Source: Diplonema japonicum
Taxonomy: Eukaryota > Protista > Euglenozoa: Diplonemea
Assembly (NCBI GenBank): GCA_964019335.1
Contig: OZ025676.1
Location: forward strand, 124,001 to 188,000
DNA: 64,000 nucleotides
Reading direction: 5' to 3'
Below the pieces are notes generated by a model. The model ran no database searches and was not told where the DNA came from. It saw only the letters and a program-made list of their open reading frames with translations. Below, piece after piece: positions 1 to 10,831 of this stretch. Numbering within the stretch: the stretch's first letter is position 1; each line of letters starts with the position of its first letter. The position numbers were made by a program, and so were the translations under genes.

Positions 1-628
1 GCACGTACTCATCAACATAGTCCCTCTCATCGACCATGGGCCACCCCCCGTATGTCGACATGTCCTGCAGGTACTGGATCCCGGACTCTGCAAGCACGCC
101 GAATTTCTTCAATGCCTCTGACCACGACGCCACCCACACAGACAGCGTGAAGCCCTCTGCCACAAGGATGTCGTTCACAGTCTTCAAGAAGTCCGCGTAC
201 GCCTTGGCATCATGGTCCCTTGGGTGTTGCGGTTCGTAGTCGAAGTTGAACCCAGCAAAACCGTACTTCTTCCCAATCGCAACAAGCTGCTTCCCGTACC
301 CCGTGGGGTCCTTGTACATGGTGTGCATGGTCGTCCCGTTCACCATGTTCACGACCACCCCAACAATGGGCACACCGAGAGGCTTGTAGATGTTCAGCCA
401 TTCATGAACGGCGGTCTCGTTGTCCCAACCTGCAAGGGAGCCTGTTTCGAGCATGCCGGGTCCCCAAGCAAGTTGGAGCTGGCTGAAGACCTGCTTATTT
501 TGCTTGACGGCATCGGCGTTCCACTGGTTGACGGTGGCGTTGGACTCGATGGACACGTACCAGTTCACCGTTCGGTTCGTGCAGCTCACGAGGCCGACAA
601 GACACGACAGCAGGAGGGCGGTCTTCAT
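1..628 (-). CDS. Secreted GH18-like glycoside hydrolase, copy 1 (3' end runs off the window)
   Basis: Manual translation from ATG 628: MKTALLLSCLVGLVSCTNRTVNWY...KKYGFAGFNFDYEP...LQDMSTYGG. It has a signal peptide and a GH18-type GxNxDxE motif, and is paralogous to 1662-2516. It is absent from the ORF track because no stop lies in the window. Confidence 0.85.
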   Translation of the reverse strand, partial: MKTALLLSCLVGLVSCTNRTVNWYVSIESNATVNQWNADAVKQNKQVFSQLQLAWGPGMLETGSLAGWDNETAVHEWLNIYKPLGVPIVGVVVNMVNGTTMHTMYKDPTGYGKQLVAIGKKYGFAGFNFDYEPQHPRDHDAKAYADFLKTVNDILVAEGFTLSVWVASWSEALKKFGVLAESGIQYLQDMSTYGGWPMVDERDYVDEYV

Positions 629-1661
629 GGTGGCTGCATGAATTAGATATGAACCCATGAGAGGGGAGAAAAAAAAGCAGAAAGGAAGGTCACTGTTCAT
701 AAATAAAATATCACCGTTCCAGCAAAGAAGAGAAAGAGAAGACGTTCCTTTTTTTTTTCCCCTTTTTTTTGGCGAAGAGAAAAAAAGAAAAAAAAAAGTG
801 GCACAAAAGTAGCTTACAACATCACCGCAGCATATTTAGAACTTTTTTTTCTTGTCGACAAAAAAAAAGAAGAAACTCGATCTTTTAACATCAAGCCCCA
901 CGACACAAGTCGAACGGTCGGCTCCAAGTGTACCATAAAGGGGTGGGGGTATTTGTTGTCAAACACATTGGAGTCTTCCAACCTGCTACCTTGTTTTGAA
1001 AGGGTCTGTTTGTGCCTGGGTGACAGTTGCTTGTCGTAAAGTTTCAAAATCTCTCCGCCAAGCATCACCCTGGCACAGGCTTCCCTGAAATAACTCGCTT
1101 AAGGGGCATAGAAAAAAAAAAAGAAGAAGAAAAACACGCACTGTGTGAATAAATTCGATAAAGTTTCAGTGTGCAGGGGGAATGCTCACCGCTCAAGGAA
1201 AAAATTCACACGAAAAATAAAAATAGGGGGGGGGGCTCCACCTTTTTTTCTCTACTTTTTTTTTCCTCCTTTGATTGCCAGTTTCTCGCATCTTTTTTCC
1301 TCAACGGGAAAAACAAAGGAGAACCAGGCAGAGAAGCTTGACAAAAAAAAATCTCAAGTAAAAGAAGAGTAAACAAACTATTCTACCTGCACTGCCACTG
1401 AATAGTAGTTCTGACCCGCCATTACAAGAGGCTGCCAATTGATCATCTGCAAGGAGACAAATAGGGAGGAAGGATGGAATCGTTATGTCAGAAGGTTCCT
1501 TTCCTTTTTTTTTTTTTTAAAGAAAAAAAAGAAGAAGGGCTGAGAAAGACAAAGGGAAGCAAGAAGACATCCCTATTCTGCTAAAGTTAAAAGTACTACT
1601 TTTTTCGAAACAAATGGGGATTGCGTGGGTGGACTTTCCCCCCCCCCCCCCCCCTCATAAC

Positions 1662-2516
1662 TTAAATCTTCCCATTCATGAAGTCCTCAAGGATGGGCCA
1701 CCAGTAGGGAGCAGGCCAGTCGTTGACACCGTCCATGAGAAGCCTGAAGATGTCGATGTTTGTCACGCCAAGGGATGTCGCGTTGTGAATGAACGACTGT
1801 ACGTTACTAGGGTTCCAGTAGCTAGTCACATAAGGTCCAAGCCCCACGCCTGCCTGTGCGGTGCTCCCTGTCGCGTCTTTGATGGTTGTGACGTAGGTCT
1901 TCAAGATCTGAAGCATGGTGGGCATCGGCTGCCCACCGTACGTCTCCATGTCCTGCAGGTACTGGATCCCAGACCCTGCAAGCACGCCGTACTTGTTCAG
2001 AGCACCCGACCACGACGCCACCCACACAGACAGCGTGAAGCCCTCTGCCACAAGGATGTCGTTCACAGCCTTCAGGAAGCCCGCGTATGCCTCGGCATCT
2101 GTGTCGGTGGGCTTCTGTGGTTCGTAGTCGAAGTTGAACCCAGCAAAACCGTACTTCTTCCCAATCGTAACAAGCTGCTTCCCGTACCCCGTGGGGTCCT
2201 TGTACATGGTGTGCATGGTCGTCCCGTTCACCATGTTCACGACGACAGGGATGATGGGGATGTTCAGTGGTTTGTAGATGTCCAGCCACGTGTTGACGGC
2301 GGCCTCGTTGTCCCAGCCTGCAAGGGAGCCGTTCCCGGGCATGCCGGGTCCCCAAGCAAGTTGGAGCTGGCTGAAGAGGGGAAGGTGCTCCTTCACGGCA
2401 GCGGCGTTCACCTCGTTCTGAGTGGCGTTTGTCGCATCGATGGAAATGTACCAGTTGATGGTCCTGGAGCAACTCACAGCACCCACGAGGCACGACAGCA
2501 GGAGGGCGGTCTTCAT
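1662..2516 (-). CDS. Secreted GH18-like glycoside hydrolase (chitinase/chitobiase fold), copy 2
   Basis: 284-aa intronless ORF with an N-terminal signal peptide. YGFAGFNFDYEP matches the GH18 strand-4 catalytic motif with Asn at the first Asp position, as in chitobiase-type GH18. A later DMxTY motif is present. Confidence 0.85.
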   Translation of the reverse strand: MKTALLLSCLVGAVSCSRTINWYISIDATNATQNEVNAAAVKEHLPLFSQLQLAWGPGMPGNGSLAGWDNEAAVNTWLDIYKPLNIPIIPVVVNMVNGTTMHTMYKDPTGYGKQLVTIGKKYGFAGFNFDYEPQKPTDTDAEAYAGFLKAVNDILVAEGFTLSVWVASWSGALNKYGVLAGSGIQYLQDMETYGGQPMPTMLQILKTYVTTIKDATGSTAQAGVGLGPYVTSYWNPSNVQSFIHNATSLGVTNIDIFRLLMDGVNDWPAPYWWPILEDFMNGKI

Positions 2517-3194
2517 CTTCCTAGGGATGAATATTCAAACGATTTATAAAAAAAAAAAAAAAAAAATCTTCACTGCCTTATGCTTAGCTTATTGGAAGAA
2601 GAAAAGAAGAAGAAGAAGAAGAAAAAAAAACAACGTTTGGTCAAACGCATGCGCATGTCATCCGTCTCGAGAGAACGAGTCTCGAAGACCATAGACAGAA
2701 ATGAAGGGGAGAAGGAAGAAGAGGAAGATGGTGTTTTCGAGAGACGAATTGATTGTGACTACACACGATGGGGGGAAAAAGAAAAGAAAGAGAAAGAAAA
2801 AAAAAAAGATAGATTAGTACCACCTTTTCTTTTTCTCCTTCTTTTCAGATCAAATGCAATTCTGATCCTCGCGAATATGACATCCTTTGTGCCAAGTAAA
2901 AGAAAAGAGGGTTACCTTCATTTTACTAGGGAATAAGGGAGAAGGGAGAAGGGAGAAGGGAGGGAGCTTCTACCATTTTGTTTTTCCGAATGAAAAATAT
3001 TTGTCTGAGCCGAGAAAACCCAATTAAAAAAAAAGTCGTTCAATTGCTTTTTTTTTTTCTAATTTGCTGATCACAACGCTGCATGCGTGGAAAAATGGCA
3101 CAGGGGGAGGAGGGTATTCAGAAGAACAGCTAACGGTAAAAAAAAAAAGGATGATTGAAACAAAACATTAAAAAAAAAAGAAAATGAAGCAAAC

Positions 3195-4055
3195 TCAAAT
3201 CGTCCCGTTCATGAAGTCCTCAAGAATAGGCCACCAGAAGGGAGCAGGCCAATTGTGCTCCCCGTCCATGAGAAGCCTGAAGATATCGAGGTTGTTGACA
3301 CCCTTGCTGGCAGAGTAGGAAATGAACTCCCTCGTGTTGCTCGGCGTCCAGTAGTCAGTCTTATAAGGCCCCAATCCGACCCCAGCTTGCGTAGTGTTCC
3401 CCATCCCCTCTCTGATATCCTTCGTGAAAGCGTTAACCGTATCTTTCATTTGGTGCATCGGGCTTCCCCCATACGTGCTCATGTCCATGAGGTACTGCAC
3501 ACCAGTCTTACACAACATGCTGTATTTGTTAAGTGCCTGAGACCACGATGCCACCCAGACAGAGAGTGTGAAGCCTTCAGCGTGAAGAATAGGGATCACC
3601 GTGTCAAGAAATGATGCGTACTCCTGTGCATGGGTGTCTGTGGGGTACTCTGGTTCGTAGTCGAAGTTGAAGCCTTGGAATCCGTATTTCTTTCCAATGG
3701 AGACAAGCTTCTGAGCGAACTCAGTGGGTGCTTTATAGATCTCATGCATTATGGTGGCGTTGTCGATGTCTATTACGCAAGGTGTGATGGGGAGGCCGAA
3801 GGGTTTGAAGATGGACAACCATTGGTGCACTGCTGCCTCGTTGTCCCATCCTGTTAAGGTGCCGTTGTCGGGGACGCCTGGTCCCCACCACAGCAGGAGC
3901 TGTGTGAAAAGTTCCTTGTGTTCGGCCACGGCGTTCGCATTCGCGTGGCTCAGGGTGTCGTTGGAGTCCACGCCAATGTACCAGCTGATGGTCCTGTTGC
4001 TGTTCGCGCAGCTAACCGTGCTAGCTAAGCACGCGAGAACGATGGCCTTCATCAT
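3195..4055 (-). CDS. Secreted GH18-like glycoside hydrolase, copy 3
   Basis: True start is MMKAIVLACLAS at 4055; the upstream part of the tracked ORF is homopolymer noise. Contains YGFQGFNFDYEP and DMSTYGG, and its C-terminus WPAPFWWPILEDFMNG is shared with copy 2. Confidence 0.85.
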   Translation of the reverse strand: MMKAIVLACLASTVSCANSNRTISWYIGVDSNDTLSHANANAVAEHKELFTQLLLWWGPGVPDNGTLTGWDNEAAVHQWLSIFKPFGLPITPCVIDIDNATIMHEIYKAPTEFAQKLVSIGKKYGFQGFNFDYEPEYPTDTHAQEYASFLDTVIPILHAEGFTLSVWVASWSQALNKYSMLCKTGVQYLMDMSTYGGSPMHQMKDTVNAFTKDIREGMGNTTQAGVGLGPYKTDYWTPSNTREFISYSASKGVNNLDIFRLLMDGEHNWPAPFWWPILEDFMNGTI

Positions 4056-4370
4056 TTTTTTTTTTTTCCTTTTTTTTTTTGAGAAAACATACGTTGAGAA
4101 AAAAAAAAAAAAAAAAGAACAACGAAAACGAACAGTTATTACTAAGAGATGGAGTAGGGGAAAAAAAAAAAAAAAGAGCAGGAAAAAAAGGGGGATAAAA
4201 TAAAAAGATGGGTCGTTTTTTTTTCTTTTTTTTTCCCCTTTTTTTTCTCCCGCGAGGTTTATTTCTCTATCAAAAAAATTTTTAAAAAAACTCGCAGCGG
4301 AAAAAAAAAAAAAAAAAAAAAAAAAACAAAACAAAACAAAAAAATAATAATAAACATATTTACATCCCCG

Positions 4371-5042
4371 TTAGATATATGAAGGGGGTAGTGACATATT
4401 ACTGAATGTCCTCCATTGGGAAGATTTTGCAGGGCTGTTCCTCAGGGTAGAAGGGGAGACAGAAGTTGACCGGACCCTTGCGGCAGCTTTTTTCTGCGCA
4501 TTTTTCACCTTTGTGGAGGGGGTTTGAGACGCGGGAGGGTGGGCCTTCGGGCGAGTTACCGGAACTGATTGTTGGGGGGGCTTTTTCTGACCAAAGTAAA
4601 ATTTCTGAGCATCCGTCATTCGACCTCCCACACAAGAAAACTGTTTTGAAATTGCTCGCCGCTTGTTAAGATCCTCTGCACGCTTATTGCGGGCCTGTAT
4701 CAGTTCCTCATGCGCATCTCGAGAAACAGAACGGTTAAAGGACACTGTGGACTCTCTTGACAATGTTGTTCCTGCTCGTTTTGCTGTGTTGCTCTCGCGC
4801 CTCCACACACCCCGAGACAAGTCGTATTCAGTTCGTTTTCTCGGGCTGCTTAGAACCTCATATGATAACGTCAGCTTCTTGAACTCCTCTGCCGCACCTT
4901 CTTTTTGATTTTTATCAGGGTGGCACTCCCTAGCTAGACGCCTGTAAGCTGACTTTATCTCCGCAACATTTGCTGACTCAGGAATCTTCAATGCCGAATA
5001 GTGATCTGGTTTCTCTATTGGGTTTCGTCTTGGAACCACCAT
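4371..5042 (-). CDS. J-domain (DnaJ/Hsp40 type III) protein
   Basis: From ATG 5042: DHYSALKI...EIKSAYRRLARECHPDKN...FKKLTLSYEVLSSPRKRTEYD, a complete J domain with HPD, followed by a disordered basic tail. Confidence 0.9.
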   Translation of the reverse strand: MVVPRRNPIEKPDHYSALKIPESANVAEIKSAYRRLARECHPDKNQKEGAAEEFKKLTLSYEVLSSPRKRTEYDLSRGVWRRESNTAKRAGTTLSRESTVSFNRSVSRDAHEELIQARNKRAEDLNKRRAISKQFSCVGGRMTDAQKFYFGQKKPPQQSVPVTRPKAHPPASQTPSTKVKNAQKKAAARVRSTSVSPSTLRNSPAKSSQWRTFSNMSLPPSYI

Positions 5043-6832
5043 TCCCTTTTTTTTTTTTTTTAAATTTTTTTTTTTTAAATTTTCTTTTTCCCCTCCCCAC
5101 ACACAGACACCCCTTCGTCTCCTTTTTTTTCAAAAAAAAAAAGAATTTTTTTTAATTGGTGGTGGGCAAATAAATGGAGTAAAAAAAAAAAGAAAATATA
5201 TAAGAAAAAAAAAAAAAAAAAAAGACAGTGTTAATAAAGGAGGGGCGATGAGGAAGGAGTTGGGGGGAGGGGGGAATGGGAAATGGGAATTGAAACAGAT
5301 AGCAAAAAGAGAACCGGGGAGAGGGGGTATTCTTTTCTTTTTTTTTTGGGGTGGGCAAAATATTTAAAAAAAAGAGTTTTTTTTCGGGGGGTTTGTTCAC
5401 TAGAGATTTCTTTTTATTCATCCTCCTTATTCCCCTCCCTGAAGAAGAAAAAACGAAAAAAAGAAAAAAAAAAAAGAAAAAAAACAGGAGAGAGAGGGGG
5501 GGAAAAAAAGTGCTACTCTTTGCATACCTGCATTTCAAGAAGGATGAACAAAAAAAAAGGGAAGATCAGAGGAGTAAAAGCAAATTGCTTTTCTTTTCGC
5601 TGTGCCCCAACCTTCTTCTTCTTCTTCTTCTTCTTCTTCCCTTCATGTTTGTTGTTGTAAGTTTCTTTTCTATTTTTCTTTCGCTTTTTTTTTTTTTTTT
5701 TTTTTTTTTTGGAAAACTTCTGCTGCAACTAATAAAGCAAAAACTATTTTTTTTTTTTCTCTTTTTCTTTTCTTTTTTTTTCCCCACCAGAAAAAAAAAA
5801 AGAATTTCTTCCTTCCTTTTTTTTTAAAAATTTTTTTTGAGTTCATGTAATACTTTCGCCCATCGGGCATGAAAATTATTATAAGAAAAAAAAAAAGAAT
5901 CTGGTTTACTGCCCTTCCCTGCTTCGGATGCACAAGGAAAAAGAGTGACATCATGTGCCCACTAAAAAAAAGGGTAAAAATACTGCCTGTCAGCATTCGG
6001 GAGGGGAGAGAGAGGGTCCTCTGTTTGTTTACTAAGCTAAAGGGGGGGGGGGGGGTGAATAGATAAAAAAGAATTTCGTTCTGCTACTGCTGATCGAATA
6101 TAGGGGGCGGGGGGGGGGGGGGGGGGGGGACATATGAAAAACGAAAACCGAAAAAAAAGAGAAAAAAAAAGGGGGGAGACGAAAGACATAACTGGACTTT
6201 TTTTTTTCCCCCCCTCCCTTTTTCTTTTTCTTGCGTTGCCTTCCTCTTATTATATAATTGTTGCTCCATCTGGCATCGCAGGGGCATCCTTAACAAATAT
6301 TGGGATAATCAGAGGGGTAAAAATCGGCTTGATTTCGATGCATAATATGAGCACTCAAGATACAGACCATCCTTGAGATAGCCCTATAGGGCTGTTTTCT
6401 ACTCAGATACACACAGAACCTCCTGAAAGACGGGAGACTGAGTAATATGTTGTCCTACCCCTCCTCCTATTCTTTCTCTTGGTGGCAGGCTTAATAAAAA
6501 GTGACTGTCGCAAACAAAATAAATTTAAAAAAAAAAAAAAAAAAAAAGGGAGGTGAGAAGAAAAAGAAGTTACTGCTGTAGGAACGTTCTCCCCCCTCCC
6601 CCTATTGTAGAGAGAACGAAAAGATCCATCACCCCGCCCCCCCAGCGCCTCGCACCGATTTCTTTTTTTTTTTCTTTCTCTACAAAAAAAAAAAGGAATG
6701 AGATTTCTTTTTTTTTTTTCTGTGGTACAAAATGGGCCAACTAATTATCCCTCTGAGCACAGCTGGTTGATTTTTTGAGTTCTAAAGTCTCAAACTCTTT
6801 TTTTTTTAAAACCATCCTGCCCTCCTGGGGGA

Positions 6833-6864
<32 letters not shown>

Positions 6865-7151
6865 AAAAAAAAAAACTTTCACCACCATGATAGAAGTGTT
6901 CAAACAACCAACCAAGTTTCTTATTTTTATTTTTTTTAATTATTTCTACCATGCAACGAAAAAAAAAAACCCCCCCAAAAAATGTTTTTTTTTTTGACCA
7001 AACTTTTTTTCCCGAAAAAACGAGAGAACAAAAAAAAAAAAAAAAAGAAAAAAAAGCGTCAAAAAAAAAAAAAATGCTACGACTGAAATAAGAGAAAAAA
7101 AAAGAGGTACGGAGAGAAAACGAAACTAAGGGGGGAATGGGGCGGAGTATA

Positions 7152-7178
<27 letters not shown>

Positions 7179-7182
<4 letters not shown>

Positions 7183-8694
7183 TGAAGATACTCACCCTCT
7201 GTGGCTTCTGTGGATTGTCCGCCTTCGGAAGGCCGACCGGTGAAATAAGGAGGCGGGGGTTGTGAGTTGCTATGTCGAGAAGAAGGAGAGAAGGAAGCAG
7301 TAGAAAGTTCAGTAGCGTCCATCGTGGACTCCCAACCAGGCCCCGGGACAAAATCTACAGGAGGTGTCCTTGCAACAGGGAGGGGTTGTTGGTGCTGCTG
7401 AGAGGCATGGTACCGCCTTGCTGCAGCAAGAGCAGGACCCCGTTCACTATTCCCACCTAAACTTGATTCCCCGCCAGCGTACCTATCCAGCGATGGGTCA
7501 CTAATGCCCCGCCCAGCCGACAGCGCAGGAGTACCCTTCACGCTCCCAACTCGCTTTTCTTTTTTCATCAGTAAATCAATTGGGTTTTTATCGATAACAT
7601 TCTCCCTGTCATGCGGTGTGTGAAGTGGCTGCGGTCCCATGTCGTCCATCTGAACCCCCACCCCTCCTACATCTTCAACAGCAATAACACCGGCTTTTCT
7701 CCTCTTTTGTTTTTTCACACGGCCCTCATACACCTTCAGCCCAACTACAAAACAAACACATATCCAGCAAGCGCACATGCTTGATATCAACACAACAGCG
7801 TACCAAGGCATGTCAGCATCATCGTCACCGTCACCGTTATCTTTACTAGGGGATGTGTCGTGCTTGTTCGACGGCTGCGGTGTTGGGGGTAAAATAGTAT
7901 CGCCGATCATCCATTGAGATTTGTCAGATAATGCACCTGCAGTGAGCACGACATCGGGATGTGCTTCAAGAAGCGAGGCTTTTGACTTCAACGCGGACAT
8001 CCAGTACTGCTTCACGATGTTGTCGTCGCTGACAAATTCGAATACACCTTCCGAGGCGTATCCTTGCCACAACCATGCGGTCCCGGGTGTCGCGTTTAAA
8101 TACGTCCATTTATCTTCTACTAATCTCACGTTCAGTGCAGGGTTGCACTGGACTGGGACAGCTGCGTCAAATGTAACACCATCGCCTAGACGATTTACAA
8201 CGTCGCAAATCGCCACTCGTATCGCGGATTTACTGTAAAGGGGTGGGTACGGGAGGTTCGTGTGGATTTTGCTCGACACGGCGAAGCACGCCAACTTGTT
8301 CAGAATGGATGTTGATTCAGGAGACACGTCATGGAATGTAATTATAATGAGGTTCGACTCTGAACTAGTTAGTTTCAGGGTTCGGTCGAACACATTCCAT
8401 TCTATGTAGATTATGACGCCGGGGAGTCTGACCCATTCTTCAGAACCGGTTCCTGGTCTGTGTACGAGTATGCCCTCCTCTGTCATCCCGAATTTGAGAG
8501 ATTGTGCGTCTTTTCCGTCCCTCATGATTATGCCCCGTGTAGGGTCGCACGCCTCCGCGAGTTTCGTTCGGAGTTTAAACTTGGCTACATAATACGTCTT
8601 CCCAGGGATCCTATCCACCACTACTGGTTCTGACATGTCTGATGCACGGCCGTGCAAAGGCTGCAACAATGGTGTGCCCAATGGTGAATTCTGT

Positions 8695-8730
<36 letters not shown>

Positions 8731-8945
8731 CCCCGGATGTATTATGAGCTCGTCCGGGGAAAAAAAAATATCAAAAAAAAAAATCTTTTTTTTTTTTATA
8801 CCTGGTAGTTTACCTTGACGGAGTCTGTGGTGTTGAGCTCGAAAAGGTCCGATTCCCGTGCGTCTTGTATGACATCCACTGACCCGGCGGAGTGCACATT
8901 GCAAGGCAAGAGAAGCAGCCCCACACAGCAAAGGGCCCGCAGCAT
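7179..8945 (-). CDS. Type I single-pass membrane protein of unknown function (exons 8945-8802, 8690-7179)
   Basis: Exon 1 encodes signal peptide MLRALCCVGLLLLPCNVHSAG. A phase-0 GT-AG intron at 8801-8691 joins VNYQ|NSPLGTPLLQ in frame. TM helix WYAVVLISSMCACWICVCFVVGL is followed by basic RVKKQKRRK and a disordered cytosolic tail. The exact 3' end is uncertain. Confidence 0.8.
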
Positions 8946-9030
8946 GTATCCTTTTTTTTTTTTTAAATTTTTTACAGCAACAATATAAATAAAAAAATGC
9001 AAGGTTTTTTTTTCTTTTTTTTTTTCTTTT

Positions 9031-9855
9031 TCATTCCCCATCAGTTGGTTCGGTTGTTGTGTTGGGTTTGGTTTCCTCTTCCTCTTCACCCTCGCTTGCG
9101 ATGTGGTGTGTACTATCATTGTCCCGGTTAGCAAGGTTGCCAACAAAGCTTCCTTTTGCAGACGCCGATCCAAGCATTTCCTTGAACGAGGGCTTATGAG
9201 GGAGGGGGGCCTCAAGAACGGGATCCTTGGGGCCCTCTGAGAGGATCATCGCCCGCCGTTTTCGCTGTGCCTTCGCATTGCCGCCGTCGGAAGACGAGGC
9301 CATTGAGTCATTCAAAGCGTCATTGTACTCAAGCGAAACCATACACGAACACACCGAAAGAATCGCTCCGAAAACCGCAACGAAAATCTTCGCCCGGCTT
9401 TTGTTAACCCTATCCTGACATGAGACTGTATCGATACCACCATAGTCGGCGATGGCGGGGTGGCATTTGTTTTGGTCGCTCCGTTCGAAGGATATATTGA
9501 CGTAAAGGTACATCGTGAGAACAGAGAGCTGCCACATTTGAAAGATGAAATACAGTCTTGTGCAGAGCTCGCTTCGGTTTGTTGTTGCGAGCCACCCGAA
9601 GACGGAGCTCACAAAGCCTAGTACCGCAGCGAAAACGGTTTGGAACAGTTTTTCTCCATCACCCTTAGCGACGAAAGCCAAGGAGAGGACGATGATGGAT
9701 ATCAAGAAGTTCGACACCGCGGTAATCTTCACAAGGTTATCTAGCACAGTCACCCTTTCATCGTCATCAGCTTTACCGTGAACAATTTTGTCAAAGTAAG
9801 AAGGCCCTTCAATGTGCGCGTCGATGTCTGCGCGTTTTTGATTTTCCAAATTCAT
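9031..9855 (-). CDS. Four-transmembrane protein of unknown function
   Basis: Start MNLENQ at 9855. Four hydrophobic segments, with a Cys pair in the loop between TM3 and TM4, and a charged C-terminal tail. Confidence 0.75.
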   Translation of the reverse strand: MNLENQKRADIDAHIEGPSYFDKIVHGKADDDERVTVLDNLVKITAVSNFLISIIVLSLAFVAKGDGEKLFQTVFAAVLGFVSSVFGWLATTNRSELCTRLYFIFQMWQLSVLTMYLYVNISFERSDQNKCHPAIADYGGIDTVSCQDRVNKSRAKIFVAVFGAILSVCSCMVSLEYNDALNDSMASSSDGGNAKAQRKRRAMILSEGPKDPVLEAPLPHKPSFKEMLGSASAKGSFVGNLANRDNDSTHHIASEGEEEEETKPNTTTEPTDGE

Positions 9856-9940
9856 TTTTTTTTTTTTTTTTTTTCCCCGGTTACCGGGGCTGAGGGTAAA
9901 GGATGGAACAGGAGGGAGGAAGAAAAAAAAAAAGGATTTT

Positions 9941-10102
9941 GTCACTTGCACTGCGATTCCACAAAGCTAGCGTAATATCCAAACCAGATGTCCTTTAAAG
10001 CAGCAGCTTCCCCCGGTGGTATTTTTGCCCAGTAATTATCCCATTCAAGATCGCTCCCCGTGGCCGGCGGTGTCATTAGTTCAGTGTGCTGGCCACTCAT
10101 AT
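9941..10102 (+). repeat. Complex-sequence island ending in stem-loop + CTCATAT + T-run (possible relative of the A/B elements, opposite orientation)
   Basis: GTGGCCGGC (10060-68) pairs with GCTGGCCAC (10088-96), followed by TCATAT and a long T run. Single copy in this window. Confidence 0.35.
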
Positions 10103-10792
10103 TTTTTTTTTTTTTTTTTTTTTAAATTCTAACTGAGCGAAAAACTAAAAAAGAAGAGTTGGAAGAAAGGAAAAAAAAAAAGGGAAAAAAAACCGGTAAT
10201 AAAAAATCTGAGGGGGAAAAGGGGGATGTGCCGTAGAGGGAAAGTGGGGGGGAAAAAAAATGGGGAGCGGGGGGAAAAAAAAAAGATAGAGGGGGACGCA
10301 CAGGGGGGGGGGGGGGGGGGGGAAATTAAGTGGTAAAAAGTGTTAATGGGGGGCTTTTTTTTTTCTTTCTTCTTTTTTCTTCTTCTGCGTTCTGTTCTTT
10401 TTTTTTTAAATTTAAAAGCTCCCTCCCCTTTGAAACCCCATAAGAACCCAGAAGAAAGGAACGGTGTCTGGCGGGGTAGCCAGCTCTCTCGCTCTTGAAG
10501 CTCCTGTGAGCTTGCGCGCCAAAACCCAAAACAGGGCACCCAAAGCAGACTGCTTCGGTTGGTTGCTTGTGCCGGCCAATACAAAAAAATATTTAGGGGA
10601 CCGAAAAAAAAAAAGTAAATACCCTGGCACTAATGCTACAGATATGCAAAAACGAAAAAAATGGAAGAGGAGGGGGAAAAGATAAGAAGTCACTCCGCAA
10701 AAAAAAAAGGGGGGGAGGATCCCTTCATAAAAGGGAAAATGCCATTATTATTATTATTTTTTTTTTAATATTATCAAACGAACCGGAGAGGA

Positions 10793-10831
<39 letters not shown>

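Noticed and set aside
814-1098. Minus-strand 84-95 codon frame between GH18 copies 1 and 2
   Set aside because: No recognisable domain, no convincing start or GTRY donor, and adjacent to a repeated 25-mer. Possibly an element relic.
1614-2549. 311-aa plus-strand ORF, and its counterpart at 212-646
   Set aside because: Antisense shadows of GC3-rich GH18 genes. Their mutual similarity just reflects the gene duplication.
4056-4334. N-terminal extensions of tracked ORFs (also at 5102, 9951, 35000, 37498, 41556, 45005, 58955)
   Set aside because: They are homopolymer-derived. Starts were reset to the first ATG where complex coding sequence begins.
7126-7195. GTGAGT donor near the end of the type I membrane gene
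   Set aside because: The downstream frame is low-complexity F/K sequence and the donor does not fit the local GTRY pattern. Left unresolved.
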